DNA from: Desulfosudaceae bacterium
GTDB taxonomy: Bacteria; Desulfobacterota; Desulfobacteria; Desulfobacterales; Desulfosudaceae
Length of the DNA stretch: 64,000 bases
Assembly (NCBI GenBank): GCA_963674745.2
Contig: CAXXDV010000001.1
Span: forward strand, 320,001-384,000
Reading direction: 5' to 3'
The notes below the pieces were generated by a model. That model saw only the letters and a program-made list of their open reading frames with translations, was not told the DNA's origin and ran no database searches. Positions 47,389 to 57,994 of this stretch are shown here, piece by piece. A program made the position numbers and the translations under genes. Numbering within the stretch: position 1 is the stretch's first letter; every line of letters begins with the position of its first letter.

Positions 47389-48207
47389 CTACGACAGGTC
47401 CACCAGTCCTGAAATCCGTCCGATGGCCCGGCTGATATAGGTTTCGTCTTCAACCACCACGTCTATGGCATCCGCCGGGCAAACCGTCGCGCACCGGCCG
47501 CATCCCCGGCACGCGTCCTGGTCAATGACCGCCCGGCCATCTTCAAGGGTTATGGCATTCACAAAACAGACATTGTCCGTGCATGTGCCGCAGCCCACGC
47601 ACTGGTCGGTCACGGCCACATGAACACCCGGCATGCGGGACACCTTGGAACTGATATCCGGTGTAATATCCGGCAGCATCTTCCACAGGCAGCAACAGGG
47701 ACAGCAGTTGCAGATGGTCATCAACCTGTCCGGAGGCCCCACGTTGAGCCAGACCGTGTCCAGTTTGTTGCGGCCGATCAGGTGTACCAATCCGGCTTCA
47801 CGACAGCGCCGGGCATGATCCAGGGCTTCTGCCTTGGTTACCTGCCGGCCGAACCGGGGATTGATGTCACTGGCCGCCGACCCCAGAAAAATGCAGCCGT
47901 ATTCTACCGGATAATCTTTGCAATGGGCCGAATCCCGACAGATGCAGAAATCCATGACCCAGTGAAAGGCGGCCTTTCTGATGAAGTGCTCCACCACCTG
48001 CGAGGGAACAGCCATGCTTTCCGGCTGTTCAACCGACCTGTTGACGGGAATGACCTCATCTTTCGGCAAATAGATGATTTCATCGCCCTCGAAAAGCATG
48101 TGCTCCACCACCCGGCCGATGGGACGGAAATGAGTCAGCCGGGCCAGGAGAAACCGGCCGGCAAAAGTCTTGTTGATCAGGGTTTTGATCCAGTAAGGAC
48201 TGCTCAT
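47389..48207 (-). CDS. 4Fe-4S dicluster protein with CICR and CNCCxCCC motifs
   Basis: CICR, GLVH, ICNCCPCCC, CVGCGTC and CRGCGRCATVCP. Confidence 0.85.
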   Translation of the reverse strand: MSSPYWIKTLINKTFAGRFLLARLTHFRPIGRVVEHMLFEGDEIIYLPKDEVIPVNRSVEQPESMAVPSQVVEHFIRKAAFHWVMDFCICRDSAHCKDYPVEYGCIFLGSAASDINPRFGRQVTKAEALDHARRCREAGLVHLIGRNKLDTVWLNVGPPDRLMTICNCCPCCCLWKMLPDITPDISSKVSRMPGVHVAVTDQCVGCGTCTDNVCFVNAITLEDGRAVIDQDACRGCGRCATVCPADAIDVVVEDETYISRAIGRISGLVDLS

Positions 48208-48345
48208 AAGATATCCCGTTGCATGATCATCATTTTTTTAGGAAACAAAAGCATGAAACAAACCGGATGACAGCTCAACCTGACGGGACGATACCTTGCG
48301 GTTTGCTTTTTCAAAGGGGCCGGACAACAATGACAATATTAAGGC

Positions 48346-49194
48346 CTAATAAGTATAAAACCCTTTGCCGGTTTTCTTGCCGAGCCAGCCGGCTTCCACG
48401 TATTTTCGTAATAAGGGGCAGGGCCGATATTTGGAGTCTTTGAACCCGTTATACAGGGTCTCCATAATCGCCAGGCAGGTATCCAACCCGATCAGGTCGG
48501 CCAGGGCCAGCGGTCCCATGGGATGGTTCATGCCCAGTTTCATGACGGTATCGATGCTTTCCCTGGTACCGACACCATGGTAGAGACAGTAGACGGCTTC
48601 GTTGATCATGGGCAGTAAAATGCGATTGGCGATAAATCCGGGGTAGTCATTGGCTTCAGCCGGCGTCTTGCCGAACTTTTCCGACAGGTCCCAGGTTGTC
48701 TTAAACGTCTCTTCAGACGTGGCCAGGCCCCGGATGACTTCCACCAGTTTCATGACCGGTACCGGGTTCATGAAATGCATGCCGATAACCAGTTCCGGAC
48801 GGGAAGTGGCGGCGGCGATCCGGCCGATGGGGATGGAAGAGGTATTGGTCGACAGGATAACGCCTTGCGGGCAGATTTTGTCCAGATCCTTGAAGATGCC
48901 AAGTTTAAGCGTTTCATTTTCTGTGGCGGCTTCGACCACGAAATCCGCTTTGGCCATATTTTTCAGGTCAACGGATGTCTCGATTCTCTGCAAGGCGGCA
49001 TCCATATCCGCTTGATCGAGTTTCCCCTTATCCACCGATCGTTTCAGGTTGGCGGTGATGGTTTCCAGCCCTTTTTGAACGAACCGCTCTTCAATATCGT
49101 GCATAATGACGTTCAGGCCGTTCATGGCAGCCACCTGAGCGATACCGTTACCCATCTGCCCGGCGCCGATGACACCAAATGTGTTGATTTCCAT
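48346..49194 (-). CDS. hbd: 3-hydroxybutyryl-CoA dehydrogenase
   Basis: GAGQMGNGI, STNTSS, GMHFMNPVPVM and HPMGPL. Confidence 0.93.
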   Translation of the reverse strand: MEINTFGVIGAGQMGNGIAQVAAMNGLNVIMHDIEERFVQKGLETITANLKRSVDKGKLDQADMDAALQRIETSVDLKNMAKADFVVEAATENETLKLGIFKDLDKICPQGVILSTNTSSIPIGRIAAATSRPELVIGMHFMNPVPVMKLVEVIRGLATSEETFKTTWDLSEKFGKTPAEANDYPGFIANRILLPMINEAVYCLYHGVGTRESIDTVMKLGMNHPMGPLALADLIGLDTCLAIMETLYNGFKDSKYRPCPLLRKYVEAGWLGKKTGKGFYTY

Positions 49195-49413
49195 TTTTTT
49201 CTCCCTGTAAAAATTTTCAGCCTTTCCGGCCATTATCAAAAAGGTCCCCCGGTCTCAGGGGGCAAGAAAAGGACCTGCCGATGTCCATCATCTATAACAG
49301 GGCCGGTATAATGCGTCAATATCCACAAAAACAAATTCCGGCTCACCATCACTTTGTATCTTTTTTTCAAAAACTGTTTTTGGGCACTGTTTAAGCCAAT
49401 CGGTCGCATTCTT

Positions 49414-51066
49414 TTAAAAATGCTGTGCCTGGGGAGAATCGGGAAAACGGGCAAAGCAGGCCCGGGCCTGATCAATCCGGCCCAGGTTGAGGTAAGTTGT
49501 TCCCAGGCAGAGGTTGAGCGGTTCGCTGTCTGGAAAGTGAGAAAGCCCCTGGCTCAAGATATCAAGGGATGCCCGGCTGTCTTGCTGCTGCTGATACAGC
49601 ATGCCCAGCCCCAGAAAAGCCCGGTGATCCGGGTACCATAGCAGTGCCTTGCGGTAAAGCTGTTCGGCCAGTTCCTGCTTTTTTTTAATTTGTGGATGGG
49701 CGGCATAATCGCCATGGGTAAAGGTCATGGCCAGCCGGGAATAAAAATCGGCGTGCCCGACGGCAAAATCGGGATCATCCATCAGGGTATGGGCCAGTGC
49801 GTATTCGGGCAGGCGTTCATAAAAAGCGTCCCGCAACCGTTGCCCAAATTCCATGACCGCTGACCGGGACAGGTCGGGATCGATCTCAAAATAAGGAATG
49901 TCTTCTGTCCGCTGCAGCCAGATGTCATCGGTCTGACCGCTGCGCTTCAAATAATCCTGGTAAAGAGCGGTACCCGGAAACAGGGTCAGCATGTAAAAAA
50001 CCGCGCTCAAGGGCTTGATCTCATCGATCAGGTCCAGCGAGGCCTGGATGGTGGCGTCGGTTTCTCCGGGTGAACCGTAAATAAAATAGGCCCGGGCCAT
50101 GATGCCATGGCGAACGGTTTGCGCAAAGGCCTGAAGGATACGTTTTTCGGAAATGCGCTTGTTCAATTTTTTACGGATTTCTCCGGAGCCGCTTTCCACC
50201 CCGTAGCTGATCTGGATGCAGCCGGCCCGGCGCATCCAGTAAAGAATTTCCGCATCCACCAGGTCGACCCGGGAAATGGCCGCCCAGGTGATGGGCAGGT
50301 TTTCCTTGATGATGGACCGGCAGACAGACAGGACAAGCGCCTTTTTCAAGGTAAAGGTATCATCGGAAACGAAAAAGAACCGGATGCCTTTTGCATACAG
50401 CCGTTGCAACTGGCGCACAAAATATCCCGCGGAATGAAACCGAACCCTGCGGCCCCAGAAGGCCGGTGAACCACAGAAGGTGCAGTTCTGCGGGCATCCC
50501 CGGCTGATGGCCACATGCTGGAAGGAAAAATACCGGGCCGGATCGGGCAGCTCGTCCAGGTCATCAATCAAATCCGGCGTACCGGTCTGGACAATCGCTT
50601 CGCCGTTCCGGTAGGCCAGGCCCTTGATGTTGGAAAGAGCCGGTTTTTGATCCGAGCCCAACGCCTCTATCAGATTCAAAAACGGATATTCACCCTCGCC
50701 GACAACGACATAATCGATCTGAGGGAAGTGGACCAGCAGGTGGTGCCACAAAAAGGTGGCGCCGACACCCCCGAAAACGGTAATAATGGTTGGATCGATT
50801 TTCTTGACCTGTTCGGCCATGTCGATACCGCCCCAGCGGTTGGCATGGACAATGGAAAACCCGACAATATCCGGTTTGATGTCATTCACAAATGAACAGA
50901 TATCGCCGGACGGGATACCCGGCTTGTACATATTCAGCAGCTGAACCCGGTGCCCGTGCTCGGATAACAAGGCGCCGATGGAGTAAAGCCCCATGGGAAC
51001 GGCGCTGACATCGGCCTCATCCGTCCGGTTGTCAAGAAAGCTGGGGTATACCAGAAGAATCTTCAT
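49414..51066 (-). CDS. B12-binding-domain radical SAM protein with C-terminal TPR
   Basis: MKILLVYP, PMGL, GEGE, SRGCPQNCTFC (CxxxCxxC), DDTF and GVESGS; TPR-like tail. Confidence 0.9.
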   Translation of the reverse strand: MKILLVYPSFLDNRTDEADVSAVPMGLYSIGALLSEHGHRVQLLNMYKPGIPSGDICSFVNDIKPDIVGFSIVHANRWGGIDMAEQVKKIDPTIITVFGGVGATFLWHHLLVHFPQIDYVVVGEGEYPFLNLIEALGSDQKPALSNIKGLAYRNGEAIVQTGTPDLIDDLDELPDPARYFSFQHVAISRGCPQNCTFCGSPAFWGRRVRFHSAGYFVRQLQRLYAKGIRFFFVSDDTFTLKKALVLSVCRSIIKENLPITWAAISRVDLVDAEILYWMRRAGCIQISYGVESGSGEIRKKLNKRISEKRILQAFAQTVRHGIMARAYFIYGSPGETDATIQASLDLIDEIKPLSAVFYMLTLFPGTALYQDYLKRSGQTDDIWLQRTEDIPYFEIDPDLSRSAVMEFGQRLRDAFYERLPEYALAHTLMDDPDFAVGHADFYSRLAMTFTHGDYAAHPQIKKKQELAEQLYRKALLWYPDHRAFLGLGMLYQQQQDSRASLDILSQGLSHFPDSEPLNLCLGTTYLNLGRIDQARACFARFPDSPQAQHF

Positions 51067-51079
51067 GAAGCAGCCGATG

Positions 51080-52558
51080 TCAGGGTAAATATTTTCCCGG
51101 TCGAAAATACAGGGCCGGGTCACCCTTTTTCTTGGCCAGGGTCAGCGGCAGCTTAATGCCGTTTTCCTTTCCCTGGTCCTTCAAATAAACCGTTTCGGCA
51201 TGACTGCCCGCATACTTTCCCAGCTGGTAATCGGCCAGCGACTCGGGCACCGCGATCGTCAACCCGACCGTGACTTTGCAGCCATTTCCCCATCCCTGGA
51301 CCAGGTCAAACACGGGATCAAAATCAGAGGGAAGATTGGATTTTGAGTTCCACTCGATTTCTCTTAATTCCATGGCGGAGAGTTGCCCCAACGCCTCCAG
51401 AGAGAGGGAACGGTCTTCCGGATAAAGGACGGCGGTCACCCGTCCTTTATCGGCCATGACCCAGATATTGAAATCATAGTTGAAAACCCATTGACCGGTG
51501 ACGGTAACCCGTACCCCCTTTCCCTTCCAGGGGTTGTCGCTGACCTGCAGGTCCATGTTCTTATACATGATCTCACCGACCGTTTTGCCCCCCCTGTGCG
51601 GCGTAAGATCCAGGTAGGCGGTTTCAAACGGCAGCTTAATATCAACATTGCCTTCCCAGACTTCACCGGGCTCAATACGGATATCGGTATCGTCGAACCA
51701 GTACTCCGGCAACTGCCGGCCCTCCAGGTCCATGGCTTCAATACGATCCCGCTGATTCTGGGCAACGGAATCATGATGCACAGCTCCCGGAGGCGGGCCG
51801 GTCTCCGCCATCGGGCTGACATAAGTAGGGTCTTCCGCCATTTTAGCCATTTCAGCCGCGTATTGATTCTGTGAATACCCCGGCCCGGCCGACGGCCCGT
51901 TGTTTGTGGAAGAGGAATCGCTTCTGACAAGAAAGTATCCGACAAAAAAAACGACCACGAACCCCAGCAAGAGGGCGAACATTTTCCCGTTACCGCTCAA
52001 TATCCCGCCGGATGTGATGTGAGACTTGGCCGGAACGAAGGGTATGTCGGCGGCCGGATTCTTTCCGGCCGAAGGAGGTTCTTCTTCAGTCGCGGGTTCA
52101 ACGCTGGCATCATTCTTACCGTATTTGGCCACGATGATATGACACACCGGGCATTGGCCCATGCCGTCAAAGGCCGTAATCAGGGGGTCGTCCTGATTTT
52201 GTGCCTGATAACCGCAACCGGGGCAGGATGGCAGCTCAGAAGCCCCGTCGGTGTCAACAGGGCCGCGATCAACTGCCAATGCCATTGAAGACCTGGCCGG
52301 CGCCTGACCCTCCATCCATTCCAGGCGGCAATTCAGCCCGCAGTCTTTAATCATCTTTTGAAGCTGGAGGGCCTGCTGTTGACTCAAACCTTTTTGAATA
52401 ATCTTGGGCTTACCGCCAAGATAGGATTCTGCTTTCTCCCGGCTGACACCGAACCTGTCGACCAGGTCCGCCAGCGCCTGCTCACGGCTGACCCCTTCGG
52501 ACAGATCCGGGATCAGAACAACACGAAAACCTGATGTTGATTGTGTATTCATAATCAC
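51080..52558 (-). CDS. Hypothetical single-pass membrane protein with zinc-ribbon-like CPGC..CPVC
   Basis: 492 aa; small N-terminal alpha/beta domain, two CxxC pairs and one TM helix. Confidence 0.7.
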   Translation of the reverse strand: MIMNTQSTSGFRVVLIPDLSEGVSREQALADLVDRFGVSREKAESYLGGKPKIIQKGLSQQQALQLQKMIKDCGLNCRLEWMEGQAPARSSMALAVDRGPVDTDGASELPSCPGCGYQAQNQDDPLITAFDGMGQCPVCHIIVAKYGKNDASVEPATEEEPPSAGKNPAADIPFVPAKSHITSGGILSGNGKMFALLLGFVVVFFVGYFLVRSDSSSTNNGPSAGPGYSQNQYAAEMAKMAEDPTYVSPMAETGPPPGAVHHDSVAQNQRDRIEAMDLEGRQLPEYWFDDTDIRIEPGEVWEGNVDIKLPFETAYLDLTPHRGGKTVGEIMYKNMDLQVSDNPWKGKGVRVTVTGQWVFNYDFNIWVMADKGRVTAVLYPEDRSLSLEALGQLSAMELREIEWNSKSNLPSDFDPVFDLVQGWGNGCKVTVGLTIAVPESLADYQLGKYAGSHAETVYLKDQGKENGIKLPLTLAKKKGDPALYFRPGKYLP

Positions 52559-52733
52559 CCCTGTTTTTTCATAACCATAACGGTATAATGTGTCAATAAA
52601 TTTAAAAATGCCCTTTAACCCGGATATTTGGCGGCCACTTCAGACGGCAAGGGGCCGGGCAGATTGCATCCCGTTGATTTTTGTCGTATCCTGACTAAAA
52701 TAAACCATTTTAAAACAGCAAAAGGACAACCAT

Positions 52734-53042
52734 ATGACAGCACAACCCAAAAAAAATGACTGGGTGTTTGTAGCAGTGGAGAATCCGGGCGGCCTGGAAC
52801 AGATCGTGGGCTACACGGATAAACCTTCGGGTGTTTCTTATATACCGGTTTTTACCAGCAAAGAGGACGCCCAGGCCTGCTTTATAAACCTGCCCCGGAA
52901 AGCCGGAAAAAAATACGAAATCCAGGCGATTTTATTTGAAGAGCTTGCCAAAGACGCCCTGGCCAACACATTTCTGCTGTTTCTGCTTGATGGTGAAGGT
53001 CATATCCAGGACAAAATCGATCCGGCCACGGTTGTTGGTTGA
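52734..53042 (+). CDS. Conserved-looking hypothetical protein
   Basis: 102 aa with AAAGGA RBS; IPVF.SKEDA..C pattern. Confidence 0.7.
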   Translation: MTAQPKKNDWVFVAVENPGGLEQIVGYTDKPSGVSYIPVFTSKEDAQACFINLPRKAGKKYEIQAILFEELAKDALANTFLLFLLDGEGHIQDKIDPATVVG

Positions 53043-53046
53043 CCAA

Positions 53047-54330
53047 ATGGAAACAACGATGGTGTCACCCGGCAACCGACTTGAAGAACTGGCAAAAACC
53101 GCCAAAGCCACTTTTGACTTGACCGATCCGGACCATCAGACAAGCCTGCTGGACCTGGCCGACACATTGATGGCAGAGGCCATACCCATAGAGGATATCC
53201 AATCCGCGGCCGGTGAGAAAACAGCACCGCTGGAATTCAAAATAGCGGCCAAGCTGGTCCATTCTCGTACCTGGCTTTTGCGCCATAACCGGCCGCTTAA
53301 AATCGGCGTGGTATTTGCCATGTGGGGCGAGCAGAACCGCCTGCGGCCCAAAAGCCGTGACAACCCGCATGGCGAAGATTCTTTGGTGACGAAAATCCGC
53401 CAACTGGAGTGGCTCAGCAAAGGGACCGACCTTGACTGGCGCTTATACCCGGTTGATGACGGGTGCCCGTATGGGAGCGGCCGCATGGCCAGGAAAATTG
53501 CCGACGATTCTCCGGCAAACCATAACATAACAGTGATGTTTCTGGCAGATCATCTTCCTGCCGCCGAGGGCCCGCTTTCCGGCCTGGCGTCAGCAGACGA
53601 CTCGAAAAAGGCCGGCGCGATTATTCTCGGATGCAGTCAGGCCATATCCGATGGCGTGGAGGCGGTTATCTATACCGACGCGGACAATTCCGTGCACCTG
53701 GGACAAATCGGCCTGCTGCTGGAACCGTTTACAAAACAGAGCCTTAAAGTAGTACTCGGCAACCGTAAGCATCCGGACGCCGTTCTGGTTAAAGACGGCG
53801 CCCGCTGGGGCATCGGCATAAAAAACCTGCGCCACATGCAGCGCATGATCGGCCAGGCCATCTTCAGCCACAATATTCTTGATACCCAGGCTGCTTTTAA
53901 ATTGTATGAAAGCCGGTTGCTCCACGATATTATCGCCCACCCGACCGTGTATGATTTTTCTTTTGACACCGACTGGATATCGGCTTTTATCGCCAAAGAC
54001 GTGCCCTTTGCCCAGGTACCGTTCGCGTTTCTTGATTCCGCGGCCGAATCCGCCACAGCCAAACAGCAACCCATGACAACCTGGGAGACACTGTTGCTGG
54101 GGTTGTTGAAATCGTTGCGTCGGCATGACCTGCTAAAGACATCCGCCAGCCACAGGATGGCACAGGTTATTGATGAAGAAATCAATGATTATCGTGACCT
54201 GGAACTGATTATCGATCATTTGCCGCCCGAACTGGAAGATACGGTTGAAGCGGATTATGGCAACCCGGATGTGATGTCGCCGGAAGCCATGCAGGCATGG
54301 ATTCGAAGCCGCAAGGCAAAAGAGAGCTAA
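53047..54330 (+). CDS. GT2-family (polyprenyl-phosphate glycosyltransferase-like) protein
   Basis: VDDG, YTDAD (DxD), GNR, DTQAAFK and FSFDTD. Confidence 0.75.
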   Translation: METTMVSPGNRLEELAKTAKATFDLTDPDHQTSLLDLADTLMAEAIPIEDIQSAAGEKTAPLEFKIAAKLVHSRTWLLRHNRPLKIGVVFAMWGEQNRLRPKSRDNPHGEDSLVTKIRQLEWLSKGTDLDWRLYPVDDGCPYGSGRMARKIADDSPANHNITVMFLADHLPAAEGPLSGLASADDSKKAGAIILGCSQAISDGVEAVIYTDADNSVHLGQIGLLLEPFTKQSLKVVLGNRKHPDAVLVKDGARWGIGIKNLRHMQRMIGQAIFSHNILDTQAAFKLYESRLLHDIIAHPTVYDFSFDTDWISAFIAKDVPFAQVPFAFLDSAAESATAKQQPMTTWETLLLGLLKSLRRHDLLKTSASHRMAQVIDEEINDYRDLELIIDHLPPELEDTVEADYGNPDVMSPEAMQAWIRSRKAKES

Positions 54331-54356
54331 CCATTTATTTTTAAAACGTCAACGGC

Positions 54357-56879
54357 ATGGATGCCTTACGTCATTTCAATGCTTTTCAAATCAGGGAAGA
54401 TTACCGCCGGCCGGTCATTCCGCTGCTGATTGTTTTCACAGCCGGCTTGCTGTGCGGGGAACGGATTTTTCTGCCGGTTCTGCTTTCCGGTGGTATTATC
54501 GGCATCTGCCTGGCCGTCCTTTTCAAGCGAATTGTCCACCGGCAGACGGCCCTCTTTATTCCCCCGGCACTTTTCTTTTTTCTGGGTTGGCATGTCATGA
54601 CCGGGTTTTCTTTCCCGTCGTTCCCGGCCGGGCATGTCACCCGTTTTGCCGGCGAAACACGATGGACGATTACCGGTCGGATCATTGACGAGCCGGCTTC
54701 AGGTCCCGGCCGCCGCATCTTTTTTGTTAAACCACAATTTCTTGAACACGGCCGCCGGCTCATCCGGACCGCCGGGAACCTCCGTGTCACGATCTATGGC
54801 AACAACGGACCGGAGTTGGCCTGCGGTGCGATGATCCATTTTCAAAGCCGGATTATCCCGATTACCAACTTTGAAAACCCCGGCCGGTTTGATTATAAAC
54901 GTTACATGGCCTTTCAAAAGGTATTCGGACTGGCCTATACCGACGCCGACCGGGTCGAGGTGGTGTCCGCCAATGCCATCTCCGGCTTGCGGTCGATGGT
55001 GGCATCAGTACGAAAAGACATCGAAAAACAGATCGAAAAAAGCGGAAACGGCGTCCGGATCGGCATCTTAAAAGCCCTCATCATCGGGGACAAGCGTGAT
55101 CTGGACCCGGACGTGCGCGAGGCGTTTGCCAGGGCCGGGGTAAGCCACCTGCTGGCCATATCCGGCCTGCACATGGGCATCGTCGCCGGGTTGATATTTT
55201 TCGCGCTGGCCCGGATTTTTGCTTTTTTCCCGTTTCTGACCGGGCCGGGATGGGTAAAAAAAACGGCCGCCCTCTTTACCCTGCCGGGGGTTGTCTTCTA
55301 TGGTTTACTGGCCGGCATGTCGCCATCCACCCAGCGGGCGGTGATCATGACGACCGTATTTTTAATGGCCCTGGTGGCGGGCAGGCGGCATCAGCTGATA
55401 AACAGTCTGGCCCTGGCGGCACTTGTGATCCTGGCCGTCCACCCGCCTTCCCTGTTTGCTGTTTCCTTCCAACTCTCCTTTGCAGCGGTGTTTTTCATTG
55501 TCCTCGGCATGGACGCCGTGGAAGGTTTCCTCAACGGTCTAAAAAACAGGTGGCTCAAAAGGAGCGCGGCTTTCATACTGGTTTCGTTTTTCGCCATTGC
55601 CGGCACCTCGCCGTTGACCGCTCATTATTTCAACCAGGTGTCGTGGATCGGGCTGTTTACCAATTGTTTCATGATTCCCCTGGTCGGGTTTGCGGCCCTG
55701 CCCCTGGGGCTTGCCGGTGCGGCCATAAATGGTCTCTTTCCCGATTTATCCATGATGTTTTTCAAAGCCGGTGGCGGCATACTTTCCCTGGCCTTCAATA
55801 TTATTGAAAAAATCGCCGCCCTGCCCCATGTGTCCGTAAAAACCGTCACACCCGGATTAATTGAAACAGGCAGTTGTTACGCCCTTCTGCTGGCGGGTAT
55901 TATGGCGGTCAAACACAAACGTTTCTTTTTTCCCAAGGATCCCGAATCCCGGCCACCGACCATGCCGGTTGCCTTAAAGATCGCCTTGTCCCTGGCCGCC
56001 GTGGCCGTCATCATACTGATCGTTGACGCGGGTTACTGGGTCAACCGCCGCTTTCTTCATGATGACCTGCGGGTTACGGCCCTGGATGTCGGCCAGGGCA
56101 ATGCCGCCCTGGTGGAATTGCCCGGCGGCAAATGCATGCTGATCGACGGCGGCGGGTTTACCGGCAGTTCCACCTTTGATGTGGGGAAAATGATTGTGGC
56201 CCCTTTTTTGTGGCGCAACAAAATAGGCACGGTTGACACCGTTATCCTGACCCACCCGGACACGGACCACCTGGGGGGACTGGTCTATATTGCCGAACAT
56301 TTTCATGTCAAGGTCGTCTGGTCCACGGGTGAAACGGTTGAGACAGAACCTTTTCATCGATTCATGCGGGTGGTTCAAAAAAATCAAATAACAATGATTA
56401 AAAATACCCGGGCGGCGAAAGAGCGGGTGATCAATGGTGTCCGGATTGAAACGCTTTATCCACCCCGTGGTTTTCCGGACCGAAAAAAGGTCCAGCCCTG
56501 GCGGAATACCAACAACAACAGCCTGGTGACGCGTTTTGTCCTGGGTGACATCTCTTTTCTGTTTCCCGGTGACATCGAGGCAGAAGGTGAACGGGAACTG
56601 GCTGTTTTGTCTGAAGAAAACCTGGCCAGCACGGTTCTGATGGCGCCTCACCACGGCAGCCGGACCTCCAGCACGGCCTTTTTTCTTTCCATGATAAAAC
56701 CGGAAGTGGTGGTGGTCTCAACCGGCCGGCATAACCGGTTCGGGTGTCCCTGCCCGGATGTTCTGGATCGTTACGCGGCACTCGGCGCTGGTATTTTCCG
56801 TACTGACCTTGACGGAGCCGTGATCATGTCGACCAACGGCAAATCGTTACGGGTGACTACGCCCATGGCGGAAGAATGA
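54357..56879 (+). CDS. comEC: DNA internalization competence protein ComEC/Rec2
   Basis: SHLLAISGLH, SFQLSF, DVGQG, THPDTDHLGG and HHGS. Confidence 0.93.
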   Translation: MDALRHFNAFQIREDYRRPVIPLLIVFTAGLLCGERIFLPVLLSGGIIGICLAVLFKRIVHRQTALFIPPALFFFLGWHVMTGFSFPSFPAGHVTRFAGETRWTITGRIIDEPASGPGRRIFFVKPQFLEHGRRLIRTAGNLRVTIYGNNGPELACGAMIHFQSRIIPITNFENPGRFDYKRYMAFQKVFGLAYTDADRVEVVSANAISGLRSMVASVRKDIEKQIEKSGNGVRIGILKALIIGDKRDLDPDVREAFARAGVSHLLAISGLHMGIVAGLIFFALARIFAFFPFLTGPGWVKKTAALFTLPGVVFYGLLAGMSPSTQRAVIMTTVFLMALVAGRRHQLINSLALAALVILAVHPPSLFAVSFQLSFAAVFFIVLGMDAVEGFLNGLKNRWLKRSAAFILVSFFAIAGTSPLTAHYFNQVSWIGLFTNCFMIPLVGFAALPLGLAGAAINGLFPDLSMMFFKAGGGILSLAFNIIEKIAALPHVSVKTVTPGLIETGSCYALLLAGIMAVKHKRFFFPKDPESRPPTMPVALKIALSLAAVAVIILIVDAGYWVNRRFLHDDLRVTALDVGQGNAALVELPGGKCMLIDGGGFTGSSTFDVGKMIVAPFLWRNKIGTVDTVILTHPDTDHLGGLVYIAEHFHVKVVWSTGETVETEPFHRFMRVVQKNQITMIKNTRAAKERVINGVRIETLYPPRGFPDRKKVQPWRNTNNNSLVTRFVLGDISFLFPGDIEAEGERELAVLSEENLASTVLMAPHHGSRTSSTAFFLSMIKPEVVVVSTGRHNRFGCPCPDVLDRYAALGAGIFRTDLDGAVIMSTNGKSLRVTTPMAEE

Positions 56880-56890
56880 ACAAGAGAATG

Positions 56891-56986
56891 GGTTCGGGGT
56901 TCGGGGTTCGGGGTTTGGGGTGCGAGGTGGTTTTGGTGCCGTTCGCGAATGTTGTAGGGGCACGGCGTGCCGTGCCCTTTTTGTCA
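56891..56986 (+). repeat. GGTTCGG 7-mer array plus GTAG-type REP
   Basis: (ggttcgg)3 ggtttgg..., then GTTCGCGAATGTTGTAGGGGCACGGCGTGCCGTGCCCT. Confidence 0.8.
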
Positions 56987-57116
56987 ATTTTAGGAATGTA
57001 AAAATATATATGTGATCAGCCAGGCAATCATTGTGAAAGACGGCATAACTTGCTATAAAAATAAAATTGAACAAACGGTCCGTTCAGGTGAATGAACCTT
57101 TTGCCAGGAGATTGAT

Positions 57117-57968
57117 ATGACAATCGTATATGATCGACCTGTAAGCGAATTGATTCGCATCCGGCAATCCGCCAGAACACACACCGGTGAGGCCATCGCG
57201 CCGAACATGGCAAAGCGGTTGAATGATGCCTGCCAGCAACTCGACCTGGGCCTGGAAGGAGAAACGGCCCGATTCTCATTGATCGAAAAGCCCTTTGTTA
57301 AAGGCGCCAAAGTCCGCCTGGGCAACTATGGGCTGCAGAAAAACCCGCGGTATTTTTTTGTCGGCGCTGTTAGAAAATCGGACCTGGCCCGTCAGAGTTA
57401 CGGATACCTGATGGAACAGTTGGTGCTCAAAGCCACCGAACTGGGGCTGGGTACCTGCTGGATCGGATTTTTCGACCGCCGATTTTTTGCTGACGTTGCG
57501 GTGGCCGGCGACGAAATTTTTCCGGCCACCTGCACGGTCGGCCACACCGCCGACCGGCGGTTGTTTGAAAAAATCAGCCGGACGGCCATCCGGGCGGATC
57601 ATCGCAAAAGCCCTGAGAGGCTTTTTTTTGAAAACGGTTTTGGCACCCCGCTGATGTTAAGGGACGATGACCCTTACCGGGAAATTCTGGAAATGGTCCG
57701 GCTGGCGCCCTCTTCCGGCAACTCCCAGCCCTGGCGGATTGTTAAAGAAAAAGGCGCGTCGGTCTGGCACTTTTTCATGACAAAAGCAAAAAATATTTAT
57801 TTTAAGGCCGGCCTGCACCATATTGACCTTGGCATCGCCATGTGCCACTTTGAACTGGCTGCCGGAGAACACGGTTTATCCGGATTGTGGGTGCACTCAC
57901 CGCCCGACATGAAAAACATCCCGGATAACACATTTTACACCATGAGCTGGATAGAAAACGGTAACTGA
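57117..57968 (+). CDS. Nitroreductase family protein (two-domain type)
   Basis: RQSAR, LGLGTCWIG, RLAPSSGNSQPW and IDLGIAMCHF. Confidence 0.88.
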   Translation: MTIVYDRPVSELIRIRQSARTHTGEAIAPNMAKRLNDACQQLDLGLEGETARFSLIEKPFVKGAKVRLGNYGLQKNPRYFFVGAVRKSDLARQSYGYLMEQLVLKATELGLGTCWIGFFDRRFFADVAVAGDEIFPATCTVGHTADRRLFEKISRTAIRADHRKSPERLFFENGFGTPLMLRDDDPYREILEMVRLAPSSGNSQPWRIVKEKGASVWHFFMTKAKNIYFKAGLHHIDLGIAMCHFELAAGEHGLSGLWVHSPPDMKNIPDNTFYTMSWIENGN

Positions 57969-57994
57969 TCATTAGAAAGGAGAAGATAGCCAGG

